Below, in pieces: positions 19,701-29,821 of a stretch of DNA of 64,000 bases. Numbering within the stretch: the first letter of the stretch is position 1; each line of letters starts with the position of its first letter. The DNA comes from a virus: the IMG/VR virus record IMGVR_UViG_3300033153_007262, positions 5,407 through 69,406 of that record. One strand, 5' to 3'. A program made the position numbers and the translations under genes. The notes beneath the pieces are model-generated. The model saw only the letters and a list, made by a program, of their open reading frames with translations, was not told the DNA's origin and ran no database searches.

Positions 19701-22520
19701 GATGAGATTGCGACCTCCGAAGACATTAATATGCACGATATTATTGTTGAGTTGTTCGCTTTTGATGTCGTGAATATCGAAGAACAAGCCACATTATTTG
19801 ATATCGTTATTGAATTATTTACGGCCCTTGACGAAATATCTGTAGTCGAGACCGCTACCGCCGGGCTTTCTGAATTATTCCTCTCCGTTAATGAAATTTT
19901 GTCGGTGAATGACGTTGCGAGTATGACGGATATTATAATCGAACTCGGAATCGTAACCGATTTGATTTCTGTTGTTGATGACTTTGATATATTTATCGGC
20001 AGTCTTAACCCGGATGTTTTTGACGCCGTTGCGGTCACCGAGCAGATTTCTATGCACGATATCATCATTGAATTATTTGCCGGGGACGATATTTCTGCTA
20101 TTGAAAACATTGCTGTTCAACTTCCAGATTTATATCTTGTGATTTCGCAAGACATCCTCGTCACAGAGGTTGCATTGCTAACGGATATTATTATTGAGTT
20201 GGGTGTGGTAGCCGAGGCGGTTAGCCTCACTGAATTTATCGGCGCTATTTTGGTTCTTATTCCAAACGTTAACGACTCGATTTCTGTTTCAGAGGACATT
20301 GATTTATGGGTTCACTACCCGCCGAATGAGGTTGGCGTAGCACAAGCGAATTTGTATACCTCAAACCGGGTTACGGATTTAATTTATAAGTATGAAGGGT
20401 TCACGGATAACGTTCTAGGCACGACGTCCCCGCCGATTGGCGAGGGGAATGTTAAGGCGATAGTATACCGTAAAGATAATTTATATGTCTACGGAAGAAA
20501 TTGGAATAAGGTTTGGAAGTGCAGTGGGTTCACAAATACCGTCCTCGACAGTTTCACTTCTGCCTATGAAGGGAAACTGCAAATTGGTATGAGCATTGAC
20601 GCAAATGACAATGTTTATACTCTATCTGAATTTAATTGGACGCCCCTCCTTGCATATGTTTATAAATATTCCGGGTTCTCGTCCACGGTAACAGATTCCA
20701 TAGGGTTGCCGGATGTGATTCAGGGCATACATATGAAGGACGGCAATTTGTATTGTCTGAACGACCAACAGAATTCCCTAGATAAAATGTCGGGGTTCTC
20801 AACGACTGTGTTGGATACGGTAAGTATTCTTGCAGACAATTACGGGGACTTAACTTTTGAAGGTGAGAACCCAATCTTTATCGGTCAAGGCGACAACTAT
20901 GCATATCGGTTAGCCGGCTTTACGTCGACCTTAACGGACACGGTATCAACGGGATTTTTAACGGCGGGAGTGAGTTGGGCGAGTTCGTTAGCGTTAGGCG
21001 AGGATTTATCTATAGCAGAAAATGTTTCGTTAACTCTATTCCTCGCTCCACGGGAAATAAAAAATGCCGTTGATGAGATTTCTGTGTCTGAAGACTTTAT
21101 CGTAAGTCTGCCGTTGTTTAACGTCTCGGACGATATCAGCACGGAGGACTTTGCGGAGGCGCAATTAGACGTCCTTAATATTAATGTCCTTGACCCATTT
21201 CACGTTCTTATCACGGAATCAATTAGCATAATCGATTTGATAGTTGAGGTCGGTGTTGTTATGGACGCCGTGAATGTCCTCGACAGCGCCGACGTTGTGT
21301 TCCCTCTGTTATTATTATCTGTAGCCGATGACATTACGCAGACAGATGTTGCCGACGTTCTTATGCCGTTGCTTCTTATCGATGTAAACGCTACCGTCGG
21401 CGTCACAGAGTCTGCCGAAGTTTTTGATATCATTGTTGAGTTGGGAATCGTTGCGGAGGAGATATCAACACAGGAGAGCGTATCATTTGAAATGCCTATC
21501 GCCATATCGGTATCTGAAAGCATATCGGTGGTTGAAAATATCGGCGCATTGATTACTCTCCGATTCAGCGTGTCCGACGTATCGACATTAGAAGAAAGCC
21601 TGTCGACGTTTTTAGATATTTTGAGCATAGACGTCAACGACCAAAATGCAGTGATAGAAGAGTTTAGTCCATTGATTGACGTTCTTGTCCCGGCTGTCGG
21701 CGAAGATATTTTGATTACCGAGGTCGTTGTTACGCACGACTTGGTAATTGAGTTGGGTGTCGTTGTTGACTTTGTATCTATCCAAGACGCAATAGATACA
21801 AGTCTGGACACTTTGTTTATTTCTTATTTTGATGAAATATCTGTTGCGGATGAAGGTCTCACACACATCGGCGTGCTAAATATTTCAGAAAATGAAGAAA
21901 TTGCCGTCACAGAATACGCCGAGGTGTTCGATATCACTATTGAGTTGGGCATTGTTGCGGACGAGATTACTGTCTCCGAGACGTTCGATATTTTATTGCC
22001 GGAGTTAAATTTTGATGTTGACGAGCCGTTCCACGTTCTTATTACAGAGGTCGCAAGCGTCCTTGACCTTGTTGTTGAAGTTGGCGTTGTCACAGAAGTC
22101 ATTAATGTAAATGACTTCGCCGGGGTTACTCTCCCCGAGTTATTTTTAGGCGTGACCGATAGCGTTTCTGTGGTCGAGTGGGCAGAGGTATTTGATATCA
22201 TTATCGAACTCGGAATCGTTGCCGACGATATTAGTGTTGAGGAGTCAGCGCTGACGGTTCTGCCGGAGTTAAATATCACGTTGGTGGAGGATATCTCTAT
22301 CGCAGAAGCAATTCTTATGCACGATATCATTATCGAGTTGGGGATTGCCACGGAGGATGTTCAGATAAATGAACACGTGTTCATTTATTTGGACACTTTG
22401 AACCCGGTGTGCGTTGACGATATTTCCACGGCGGACGAATTGATAAATATTAGTATGCCTATTAATTTTGAGGCGGTTGAGCAGAGAGGCATAGCAATCG
22501 TTCAAGTTGGAGGTTGGTAA
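16761..22520 (+). CDS. giant acidic-repeat virion protein with three beta-propeller-like domains (1919 aa)
   Basis: about 21-aa acidic repeats (V.D.I.V.E...D.I.E) interrupted by three blocks of GFS.T..DS/DT repeats of about 40 aa; lies in the morphogenesis operon. Confidence 0.7.
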   Translation: MADLNLYNVYVADGGNKVWKFDDFSNTVVDSLPLNHISNAIHDVQMWNGDLYICNPSSNRIHKLDGFSDTILGNLYVYSIDADVSGVTMDEHGNLLMGGYASDKFYKCNGFSTTITDSFYAGAGQTLLTGMYWDAGKGDLYSINRGTVKKAFHHNGFGQSSSEEVALSGYPWGIDFDPQGDFIHGDAISGKTMYKRSGFTTTILDTFTMPGGVDVRGNTSWLPIDYVNISEDVSLYVHIYVPPPGFYFENISVSEDVSILFTFDWADVNDELSLTEDIEIYLAHIFEAIEDVSITETISAVFITALYSMEADDSVSVEESVSFLSIDSPELNISESLFVEESVSVLAWLFLHTISVDDAVAVSESVALTLFASPELNISENVSSVEDITLSPFLATLYVNVSDSATVSDVFVGASFVLIIEGPNVSDSVAVAEDVDRIGAINAVVPPPAVGNLITADYNAKRIRRVDGFSETILNVKSYSNYEQRAGGVCLDPDNGDIIHTGIYTEYKVYRLPWANSVPTDSFSAPSTYPIGVDMDDSGNVFLATRGTGAKGLYKFNGFSSTILETFPMPGPEKNPEGIWLNRPGKEFLYTSDTSSGKVYKHSGIIGTIVDSINIGSLGRNVRQITFDDNGNVIHATTTSTRGWYRMDGFSTTLKDCISDPGYTIYPAGAWWEAPSFSGVSVAENFDIEMVYASWLLSGSDDVTVAESIDIHLDNLFFDIYEASGLLITEHTDVIDLVVEVGVVAEFVSIAEGVNLAKETLEINVSDESTATEDIEILDLVVELFASENIFVQSVLEGLSLPVLNIDVEEEVAVEETGDALLGILNFDTADNIGVVEAPGIDALISLSAFDEVTAEENIQSFIDILSVSVFEFSGLLITEHVDIVDLVVEVGVVAEAIPVAEDFQIYLDAWSLVASENIVAEDYGNAGLTVLFINIFDEITVVEDAEVVDIIIEMPLFIEDISVQDFGTAFIGEYNLLVFDEIATSEDINMHDIIVELFAFDVVNIEEQATLFDIVIELFTALDEISVVETATAGLSELFLSVNEILSVNDVASMTDIIIELGIVTDLISVVDDFDIFIGSLNPDVFDAVAVTEQISMHDIIIELFAGDDISAIENIAVQLPDLYLVISQDILVTEVALLTDIIIELGVVAEAVSLTEFIGAILVLIPNVNDSISVSEDIDLWVHYPPNEVGVAQANLYTSNRVTDLIYKYEGFTDNVLGTTSPPIGEGNVKAIVYRKDNLYVYGRNWNKVWKCSGFTNTVLDSFTSAYEGKLQIGMSIDANDNVYTLSEFNWTPLLAYVYKYSGFSSTVTDSIGLPDVIQGIHMKDGNLYCLNDQQNSLDKMSGFSTTVLDTVSILADNYGDLTFEGENPIFIGQGDNYAYRLAGFTSTLTDTVSTGFLTAGVSWASSLALGEDLSIAENVSLTLFLAPREIKNAVDEISVSEDFIVSLPLFNVSDDISTEDFAEAQLDVLNINVLDPFHVLITESISIIDLIVEVGVVMDAVNVLDSADVVFPLLLLSVADDITQTDVADVLMPLLLIDVNATVGVTESAEVFDIIVELGIVAEEISTQESVSFEMPIAISVSESISVVENIGALITLRFSVSDVSTLEESLSTFLDILSIDVNDQNAVIEEFSPLIDVLVPAVGEDILITEVVVTHDLVIELGVVVDFVSIQDAIDTSLDTLFISYFDEISVADEGLTHIGVLNISENEEIAVTEYAEVFDITIELGIVADEITVSETFDILLPELNFDVDEPFHVLITEVASVLDLVVEVGVVTEVINVNDFAGVTLPELFLGVTDSVSVVEWAEVFDIIIELGIVADDISVEESALTVLPELNITLVEDISIAEAILMHDIIIELGIATEDVQINEHVFIYLDTLNPVCVDDISTADELINISMPINFEAVEQRGIAIVQVGGW

Positions 22521-22521
22521 T

Positions 22522-22707
22522 ATGGGGCAAGTTAATACCGAACAGGCCATTGAGATTTTTAATGCCGGCGCAGAAACGGTTCGTGAGGCGGTTGTTATTG
22601 AGGCAGAGCCGACAAGTTATTTAGTCCCGGTTATTATTGCGGTTGTAACAGGAGTTTTTGGTTTGATTGGGATATGGTTAAAGGTTAAATTAAGTAAAAA
22701 GAAATAA
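22522..22707 (+). CDS. small single-TM protein
   Basis: GGAGG RBS; hydrophobic C-terminal helix followed by basic tail. Confidence 0.6.
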   Translation: MGQVNTEQAIEIFNAGAETVREAVVIEAEPTSYLVPVIIAVVTGVFGLIGIWLKVKLSKKK

Positions 22708-22719
22708 CGGGAGGGGATT

Positions 22720-22950
22720 ATGCCACCAGAGACATTAGGAAGTTATGTGAAAGTTTTACACGAAATTAACAGGGCGGTGTTCTTCGGGACGTGTCCTAAT
22801 TACCTTGCGAATCTAGAAATCGAGAAAGCAAGAATGGAAACAGACAATCCAACGTGGGCGACAAACCCCGGGTTGGTGAATCTATTACAGAATCACAAAG
22901 GCGCAAATAAGTATGGAAAGAAAAAGGGAAGCCCTAATTCAGAGGAATAA
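22720..22950 (+). CDS. hypothetical protein
   Basis: GGAGG RBS; fills gap. Confidence 0.6.
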   Translation: MPPETLGSYVKVLHEINRAVFFGTCPNYLANLEIEKARMETDNPTWATNPGLVNLLQNHKGANKYGKKKGSPNSEE

Positions 22951-22954
22951 ATAG

Positions 22955-25900
22955 ATGCCTGATTTACCTTTAATCTTTGATTCGGTAGTGATATCTGAAA
23001 AGATATTCTATGAAGTCGGTCACGAAGAGAACGAGTATCTTTACGCTACGACACTCGGCGGAACGATTACGCCTACGGACAGCGCAAATATGATTGATGG
23101 GGCGTTTAATGATTCCGTCGGGTATTGGGACAGCCAAACGGGTAACGTCCTGTTTACTGCGTTTGAAGATACGGCGTACACCGATTTCAATACTATTCAG
23201 AAAGTATTGCTACAAATCAGATTAGATTTCAGCGCCTACAATGTAAACGATACCTTTGTCATTGAAATTTGGGACGGCACAGTTTGGACAGAGATTATAA
23301 ATTTCAGTGCGTCCGGGGATGGGTTTGCAACGCCGAGTATTATTACTCTTGATGCAACGGGTATCCTTAACAGCATAGCAAAGATAGACGGTTGCCAAGT
23401 AAGATTTACAAATGTGATGCAAGGTAGCCCCGATTATACTGTCTCCATTGACACGGCAAGATTAGAAATCATTTTACATAGCGCCGAAGAGTTTTTGTGG
23501 GGTGAAGAAGTCACCACGGCAATTGCCTTAATAAATTATCAGCATTGCATTGACGCCCGGTTCAATGGGTTAGAATCAGAGTTTATTATGGCGTCCGGGA
23601 CGATTCTGTTCAATAAACTATTCGACACTATCGAAACAGTCATTGACGATTTTTCAGAAATATTTGCAGAAACAAAGTGGCACGCTACGGCTCCGCAGAT
23701 TGATGACGTTATTGTCCTTGAAGTTTATAACGGCACGAGTTGGACGCCTCTCGAAACGTGGACGGCGGGGGTAAACCCGTGGCCGGTGAACATCGATTCC
23801 TTATTCTCTTACAATATCACGTCATTATTCACGTCAATCGCTTCCTTGAATAATGCTCAAATGAGATTTGTCACTACAAAGAACGCCGGGGCGGATGCAG
23901 ACATCCATCTTGATGAAGTTCGCATTAAGATTAAAACGCTTCGGATTAAAATAAGTGATTTTGTCGATATCAATGCAGAAGATTACGTCACGATGCAGAT
24001 GATATCCAGACCGAATATTTGGGAGAATATTTCTGTTGCCGAGGACGTCTCCATTGTCCTCGACCAATTAAGTATTAACGTTTCTGAATTATCCGGGATA
24101 TTGATTACCGAACACGTTGACGTCGTTGACTTGGTGGTGGAGGTTGGCGTTATCGCTGACTTTATCTCTGAAATTTGTATTGCTGAGATGTTGCTTGACG
24201 TTTTGAACATAAATATTTCTGATTCCATCTTTGTGACGGAGGAATGCACAGCGTCCCTTGACGTATTAAATATTGATGCGGGCGCAGATATAGATATCAC
24301 CGATGGCGTGTCGTTCCTTTTGTCTCTAGGGTTTATTGTTTCTGATGAGATAGAGATTACAGAATATATAAATATCGGCTTTAGCGTATTAAAGATAAGC
24401 GTTGCCGATAATATCACGACCGCCGAGAATATCAACGTGACACTTGACGTTCTTAACGTGAATGTCCTTGAATCAAACGGCTTATTAATAACGGAACACA
24501 TTGATGTAATTGATTTGGTAATTGAGGTCGGTGTTGTCGCAGACTTTATGACCGAGGTTTGTTTTGCTGAAATGTTGCTTGACGTGTTAAACATTTCTGT
24601 CGGCGACGATATTTCTATCACCGAGGATGTTCAAGTCCTCGATATTATAATCGAGTTGTCAGGGTACGACAACATTACGGTTGCCGAGTCCGTCGAATTA
24701 ACTTTCCTCGCATCCCCGGAAATAAATGTTTTTGATGTGACGACGGTTACTGAATTTATTCAAGTCCTCGATATTATAATCGAGTTGCCGGCGGTCAATA
24801 CAATAACTGTGACGGATTCAGCCGACGTATTTCTATCTGATTTAACATTGGCAGTCTATGACGATATGACCGTGACGGAATCGGTTAGCGTCCTCGATAT
24901 CATTGTTGAGATTGGGATTGTCGTAGACACGGGAAGCGTGCAAGAGGTCGTGTTCGTTGGATTGGACTCTCTGTTTTTGTCCGCCGGAGAAGATATTTCT
25001 ATCGTAGATAATATTTCTATCGGACTTGACGTTCTTTATTTTGACGTGTCCGATTCGGTTTCTATTGCAGAGGACGTCCAACTGCTTGATATCACCGTTG
25101 AATTATTTGCGACGGATATAATAACAGTAACGGATTTTGCCTCGGTGTCGATTGGTGGATTGAGCCTTGCGGTTTTTGATGGCGTTCTTATCACAGATGT
25201 CGTTAGCGTCCACGATATTATTGTTGAGGTTGGCATCGCCGTAGACACGGCAACGATAGAAGAGAATGTTGCCGTTGGGTTGGACGCATTATTCCTATCG
25301 GTCGGTGACGATATCCCTGTCGCCGATGATGTACAAATATCACTTGCTGTATTAAATATTATCGTTTCTGATGAGGCGACGATTACGGAATCCGTTCAAT
25401 TACTCGATATCGTAATCGAACTTGGAATTGTTTTTGACGATATTAGTATCGCCGAGGATGTCTCTATAATTTTGTCCGGCGCCTTTCTCACCGCAACGGA
25501 TAATATTTCTGTTACAGAATCCATTGCTTTGACTTTCCTTAACTCGCCGGAGGTAGACGTTTTTGACACAGCCGGCATTACAGAATTCGTTCAGATATTA
25601 GATTTGGCTCTCGGGGTTGAGGCGGTCGATAATATATCCGTCACGGAATATGCAAATCTTCTTGATATCGTAATTGAATTAGAAATCGTATTTGATGAAT
25701 CGACATTGAATGAAAGCGTGTCGATATATTTGGATATCTTAAACATAGATGTTTCTGACAGCGTTTTGATTACTGAGGTTGCACAGATAATTGATTTGGT
25801 AATTGAAGTCGGGGTTGTTGCGGATACCATTGGCGTGTCGGACAGCGCAACGGCGCAATTGGACGTTCTTAATTTTTCCGTAAGCGATACGTTAGCCATC

Positions 25901-27049
25901 ACAGAAGATTTCCAATTTCAACTTACCGTTCCACCAGCCGGGGGTTCAGATGACATTGTCATCAGCGAAGTCGTGTCGGTTGGCCTTGACCAATTATTCC
26001 TGTTCGCTCAAGAGCCGGTGGGCGTGTTTGATATCGCAATTATGACCGACCTTGTAATTGAGTTGGGGCCGGTGGTTGAGAACATTTCTGTGATAGATTT
26101 GGGCGGGCCGACGCTTGGCGAGTTATTGATATCGGTTAGCGAGGATTTGAATATTGAAGAGTGGGTAACGGTTTTTGACCCGATTATCGAGTTGGGAGCC
26201 GGGGAGGATATCCTTGTAACAGAAGATTTATCTGTCCTCACGCCCGTGTTATACGTGCGCACGCACGAGGATATCGGCGTGCAAGAGTCAATTAGCGTTC
26301 TTGATATCGTCATTGAGGTCGGCGTTGTTATCGATGTCGTTGGTATTACAGAACTTGCGACACTTACTTTAGGCGAGTTGGTGATATTTGCCGGGGAAGA
26401 TGTCCTTGTCACAGAGGTTGCCACGGTATTTGACGAGGCATTGGGCGTTGGCCCTGTGTGGGACGGTATAAGCGCCGGGGAGTTTGTCGCCGTATCCTTA
26501 GACGTTTTGAGCGTGTTCGGGCTGTCTGAGGCGACTGTGCAAGACTACGGCACGGTTTTTGACCCCATCATCGACCTTTTTGTCTCAGATAGCGTTGGCG
26601 TGACCGAAGTTGTTATTACGCCGTTTGGGGTTATCGTTGGGGACGACGCATATGTTAACGGGGCGTTGACGGATTATGTTGCGGTGGTTGAGTTTACGGA
26701 CATCGTTATTCCGTTCCTCGACGTATCTGTTGCCGATGATATTATCGTAACAGAATGGGCGACGGTTTTTGATATCATCATTGAGTTGGGGATTGTCTTT
26801 GACGAAATAACTGTTGAAGAATTTGTGCTTCCCCCGGTAACATCTTTCGATATTTTTGTATGGGATGAGATATTTATTAGCGAATATGTGATTGCCGGAT
26901 ATCCATTGAAGATAAATGTTGCAGATGATATCCTAATAATAGAATATGAATTAGTCCTGCAACAGGCGTACGATTTGTACCCAAGACTTTATAACGTCTG
27001 TCCACGGCGCCGGATATTCACGAGAGATAAAAGGAAGGTGAAATTATGA
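22955..27049 (+). CDS. second giant acidic-repeat virion protein (1364 aa)
   Basis: duplicated N-terminal globular domain (IEIWDGTVWT / LEVYNGTSWT) then about 1000 aa of the same repeat; short basic C-terminal tail. Confidence 0.7.
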   Translation: MPDLPLIFDSVVISEKIFYEVGHEENEYLYATTLGGTITPTDSANMIDGAFNDSVGYWDSQTGNVLFTAFEDTAYTDFNTIQKVLLQIRLDFSAYNVNDTFVIEIWDGTVWTEIINFSASGDGFATPSIITLDATGILNSIAKIDGCQVRFTNVMQGSPDYTVSIDTARLEIILHSAEEFLWGEEVTTAIALINYQHCIDARFNGLESEFIMASGTILFNKLFDTIETVIDDFSEIFAETKWHATAPQIDDVIVLEVYNGTSWTPLETWTAGVNPWPVNIDSLFSYNITSLFTSIASLNNAQMRFVTTKNAGADADIHLDEVRIKIKTLRIKISDFVDINAEDYVTMQMISRPNIWENISVAEDVSIVLDQLSINVSELSGILITEHVDVVDLVVEVGVIADFISEICIAEMLLDVLNINISDSIFVTEECTASLDVLNIDAGADIDITDGVSFLLSLGFIVSDEIEITEYINIGFSVLKISVADNITTAENINVTLDVLNVNVLESNGLLITEHIDVIDLVIEVGVVADFMTEVCFAEMLLDVLNISVGDDISITEDVQVLDIIIELSGYDNITVAESVELTFLASPEINVFDVTTVTEFIQVLDIIIELPAVNTITVTDSADVFLSDLTLAVYDDMTVTESVSVLDIIVEIGIVVDTGSVQEVVFVGLDSLFLSAGEDISIVDNISIGLDVLYFDVSDSVSIAEDVQLLDITVELFATDIITVTDFASVSIGGLSLAVFDGVLITDVVSVHDIIVEVGIAVDTATIEENVAVGLDALFLSVGDDIPVADDVQISLAVLNIIVSDEATITESVQLLDIVIELGIVFDDISIAEDVSIILSGAFLTATDNISVTESIALTFLNSPEVDVFDTAGITEFVQILDLALGVEAVDNISVTEYANLLDIVIELEIVFDESTLNESVSIYLDILNIDVSDSVLITEVAQIIDLVIEVGVVADTIGVSDSATAQLDVLNFSVSDTLAITEDFQFQLTVPPAGGSDDIVISEVVSVGLDQLFLFAQEPVGVFDIAIMTDLVIELGPVVENISVIDLGGPTLGELLISVSEDLNIEEWVTVFDPIIELGAGEDILVTEDLSVLTPVLYVRTHEDIGVQESISVLDIVIEVGVVIDVVGITELATLTLGELVIFAGEDVLVTEVATVFDEALGVGPVWDGISAGEFVAVSLDVLSVFGLSEATVQDYGTVFDPIIDLFVSDSVGVTEVVITPFGVIVGDDAYVNGALTDYVAVVEFTDIVIPFLDVSVADDIIVTEWATVFDIIIELGIVFDEITVEEFVLPPVTSFDIFVWDEIFISEYVIAGYPLKINVADDILIIEYELVLQQAYDLYPRLYNVCPRRRIFTRDKRKVKL

Positions 27050-27345
27050 AAAAGGTTCCAACGTTACAAAAGGCTCCGGCAGAACAATTTGCAGTTGGAT
27101 TGAAATATGAAAGTCCTGACCTTGATGAGGGGCAGAGAATTGTTAGTTGTACAGTAACAATTCAGCCGGTGGAGACCGGCGGGTTGGAAGTCGACGGCAG
27201 TCCTGTTATTGAACACGATATCGTTTCACAAATGATAAAGGGCGGTGTCCACGGCAGTGATTATTACGTCAAGTTTTTAAGCGTCACATCCATTGGCCAT
27301 ATTTACGAGGATTCTATTTTTGTCCGAGTAAGGAATATTCAATAA
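27046..27345 (+). CDS. putative fibre-adaptor virion protein
   Basis: K.P.E.....Y...L..G..I.S...I.GG..G..Y pattern; coupled (ATGA) to the giant protein. Confidence 0.5.
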   Translation: MKKVPTLQKAPAEQFAVGLKYESPDLDEGQRIVSCTVTIQPVETGGLEVDGSPVIEHDIVSQMIKGGVHGSDYYVKFLSVTSIGHIYEDSIFVRVRNIQ

Positions 27346-27357
27346 GAGAGGTGAACG

Positions 27358-27981
27358 ATGTCAAACTATATTACGCAAGAAGAAATAAGAGTGGCGCCCT
27401 ACAACGTTAGTCAGGATGAGGCAGACGAACAATACCTTACGCTATTACAAAACCTGACAAAGCGAATCGTTGACGATGCGTGCCATCAAAGTTTCAACAG
27501 AGAGGGTGCAGACCCGGATTTTGTGGAATATAAAGTTGACGGCACAGGCAAGGACACCGTGTTTTTACCGTCGGACAAACGTCTCATTTTTATTAATAAA
27601 GTCCGTGTGTACGTTGCGAGCAATTCGTATGACGAGTATGACGCAGACGGTCACGAAAAATATGTATCGTGGAACACATACGGCAACACGTCAAGCGTCG
27701 GGCGGTTTGCAATTGATTCATTCCCAAAAGGCATTCGCAACATCGGTATCGTTGGGACGTGGGGTTGGATAACCGTCCCGGAGCCGATTAAATATTTACA
27801 GGGACGGTTGATTACTAAGATTTTGAGGGAAGATGGATTAGCGGTAAAATATTCGTCAGAGAATATCGGTGATTATAATTATAAATTAAGAGAGGCTGAG
27901 ACGGGTGAGATACTCGGCGACAAGGAATTGGATTTAATCATTAAGGATTACACGGATTGGAGTTTTTATAGTGCCATCTGA
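27358..27981 (+). CDS. head-tail connector (adaptor) protein
   Basis: NYITQEEI N-terminus, FPKGIRNI...GTWGW..VPE.IK, SENIGDYNY motifs. Confidence 0.7.
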   Translation: MSNYITQEEIRVAPYNVSQDEADEQYLTLLQNLTKRIVDDACHQSFNREGADPDFVEYKVDGTGKDTVFLPSDKRLIFINKVRVYVASNSYDEYDADGHEKYVSWNTYGNTSSVGRFAIDSFPKGIRNIGIVGTWGWITVPEPIKYLQGRLITKILREDGLAVKYSSENIGDYNYKLREAETGEILGDKELDLIIKDYTDWSFYSAI

Positions 27982-28339
27982 TTTGAAAAGATTTTACACC
28001 ATACAGGCTAATGTCTTACGCCGAAATCGTTCCGAAGATAAATACGGAGGGACGACGGATGTGTGGAAAAAGATGGAGTGGTGTATTTCTTGCCGGCTTT
28101 ACTCTGAGAAATCTGTGTCCGGCGCCGGTGGTCAAGGATATATGATAGATATTCAAGGAAAGAAATATCCTATAACGACAAATATGTTATGCGATTTGAA
28201 TGCGGATTTGCAAGTTGGCGATAAAGTTGTGACGGAGTCGGCAACGTATATGGTATTGAGAACGACATATCGTTACCGAATGAAAAAGGCACATCATAAA
28301 ATAGGGATTTTATCGAGGATTGAATCTGATGCCAATTGA
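27971..28339 (+). CDS. head closure protein
   Basis: position; DKYGG...CRL...DLQVGDKV pattern. Confidence 0.6.
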   Translation: MPSDLKRFYTIQANVLRRNRSEDKYGGTTDVWKKMEWCISCRLYSEKSVSGAGGQGYMIDIQGKKYPITTNMLCDLNADLQVGDKVVTESATYMVLRTTYRYRMKKAHHKIGILSRIESDAN

Positions 28340-28784
28340 TTACGGTAAATATTCCGGCAAGGGGAGACCCAAAGCCTCTGATTATGTCGGCGGTACAAAA
28401 GAAGCGGACGCTAAATTTAGGGCAACGCAGATGAATATTCAAGTGAACCTCGAAAGGATTTTAGTTATTGCCGGACTTGAGGTCGCTAATTTGGCCCAAG
28501 ATATTATTACAGAAAATGAACATATTATTACGGGAAACTTAAAGGGAAGCATTCAAAGTTTCGTTACGGTTGACCAAGAAGAAGCGTCCACATCAATCGG
28601 TTCGTTCCCGCCCGGCTCAAAAGGGTACAATGGTAGTGACGCTCCGTACGCCCCCTTTGTTGAGGCGTTACCCGACGGTGGGTTCCTATTCCCGGCGTAT
28701 ATGCAGAAGAAGGATGAGTTAGAGGGGTTGATAAAGAATGCGGTTAAAAAAACTATCGATAGCGCAAAGGCGGGATTGATATGA
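28329..28784 (+). CDS. HK97 gp10-like neck/tail-completion protein
   Basis: TGNLKGSI, APYAPFVE, FLFPA motifs. Confidence 0.7.
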   Translation: MPIDYGKYSGKGRPKASDYVGGTKEADAKFRATQMNIQVNLERILVIAGLEVANLAQDIITENEHIITGNLKGSIQSFVTVDQEEASTSIGSFPPGSKGYNGSDAPYAPFVEALPDGGFLFPAYMQKKDELEGLIKNAVKKTIDSAKAGLI

Positions 28785-29275
28785 CATATAGATATGAAAA
28801 GAACCCAACACCGCCGGTGTTTAATGATGAGAAGGGCGCAAAGGGGATTTATGAAGCCGTGACTTATATTTTAAGAAACGATGCGACGTTGTTGGGGCTT
28901 GTAAACTATACGAAGAAGGAGCCGAATATCCGGCGTGGGTACCAGACCTCCGGGAAGTGGGAAACCTTAATCGCATATTATTTACAGCCGGAGAACGTGA
29001 TGACAGAAATTGACGACATCAACCCCGGGGGTTCCGGCGTTATGCAAGCCCCGTTAATTTTTCAGTTGTATAATAGGGATGGGGATTTATTATTGTACGA
29101 TATTTCAGAACGGATTATTCAGTTGTTACACGAGGCAGATTTAACGAAAGACGGTCTTGTCCACGTGTACCGCTGTTCTTATAGAGGTGAATTTGGCGCC
29201 TTGCGGTATGCGAATACTATTTCTGCATACCAAAAGACGTTGAGGTTTATGTTAACTTTTAGGAAGGAGAAATAA
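28781..29275 (+). CDS. tail terminator protein
   Basis: size and position immediately before tail tube gene. Confidence 0.55.
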   Translation: MTYRYEKNPTPPVFNDEKGAKGIYEAVTYILRNDATLLGLVNYTKKEPNIRRGYQTSGKWETLIAYYLQPENVMTEIDDINPGGSGVMQAPLIFQLYNRDGDLLLYDISERIIQLLHEADLTKDGLVHVYRCSYRGEFGALRYANTISAYQKTLRFMLTFRKEK

Positions 29276-29276
29276 A

Positions 29277-29780
29277 ATGGATTATTCAGCAGAAAATGTA
29301 TTAATTGGTTTAGGGAAGTTGTCCATCGATGGCGAAAGCGTCGGTTACACATCCGGCGGTGTTATGATTGTTATGACGGCTGACCGTATGGATAAAGAAG
29401 TCGACCAGAGTTATGCGCCGGTCGGCATTCACAAAATCAAAGAGACTTTTGAATTAAGAACAAGTCTCGCCGAGGCCACATTAGCAAATCTGAAACTCAT
29501 TTGGGAACAGTCCGAAGCAGTTGTGGAATCCTCGCCGTCACGAACGTTGTCGTGGGGTATGAACCCGAATGTAATTGAACACTCGATGGAGTTTATCGGC
29601 AAATCGCCGGAAGGATACGACAGAACATATACCGTTTACAAAGCGGTTATTTGGGAAGTCGGAGAAGTAACTCACCAGAAAGATGCGATTACTGTTGTGC
29701 CGGTTACATTCAGAATCTTACCCGACATCGATAAAGGCGTCGGAAAAGAGTACGGACAAATCGTAGACCAGATGGTCTAA
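29277..29780 (+). CDS. major tail tube protein
   Basis: NVLIGLG....GYTSGGV...VDQ...LAEATLANL...VPVTF; no sheath gene nearby. Confidence 0.75.
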   Translation: MDYSAENVLIGLGKLSIDGESVGYTSGGVMIVMTADRMDKEVDQSYAPVGIHKIKETFELRTSLAEATLANLKLIWEQSEAVVESSPSRTLSWGMNPNVIEHSMEFIGKSPEGYDRTYTVYKAVIWEVGEVTHQKDAITVVPVTFRILPDIDKGVGKEYGQIVDQMV

Positions 29781-29821
29781 AAATAACTTCCTCGAAAGAG
29801 GATAAAAAGGAGAGGGACGAG

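Noticed and set aside
22920-22952. AAGCCCTAATTCAGAGG resembling the 3' half of a twister ribozyme
   Set aside because: The required 5' half and pseudoknot partners are absent, and it lies within an ORF.
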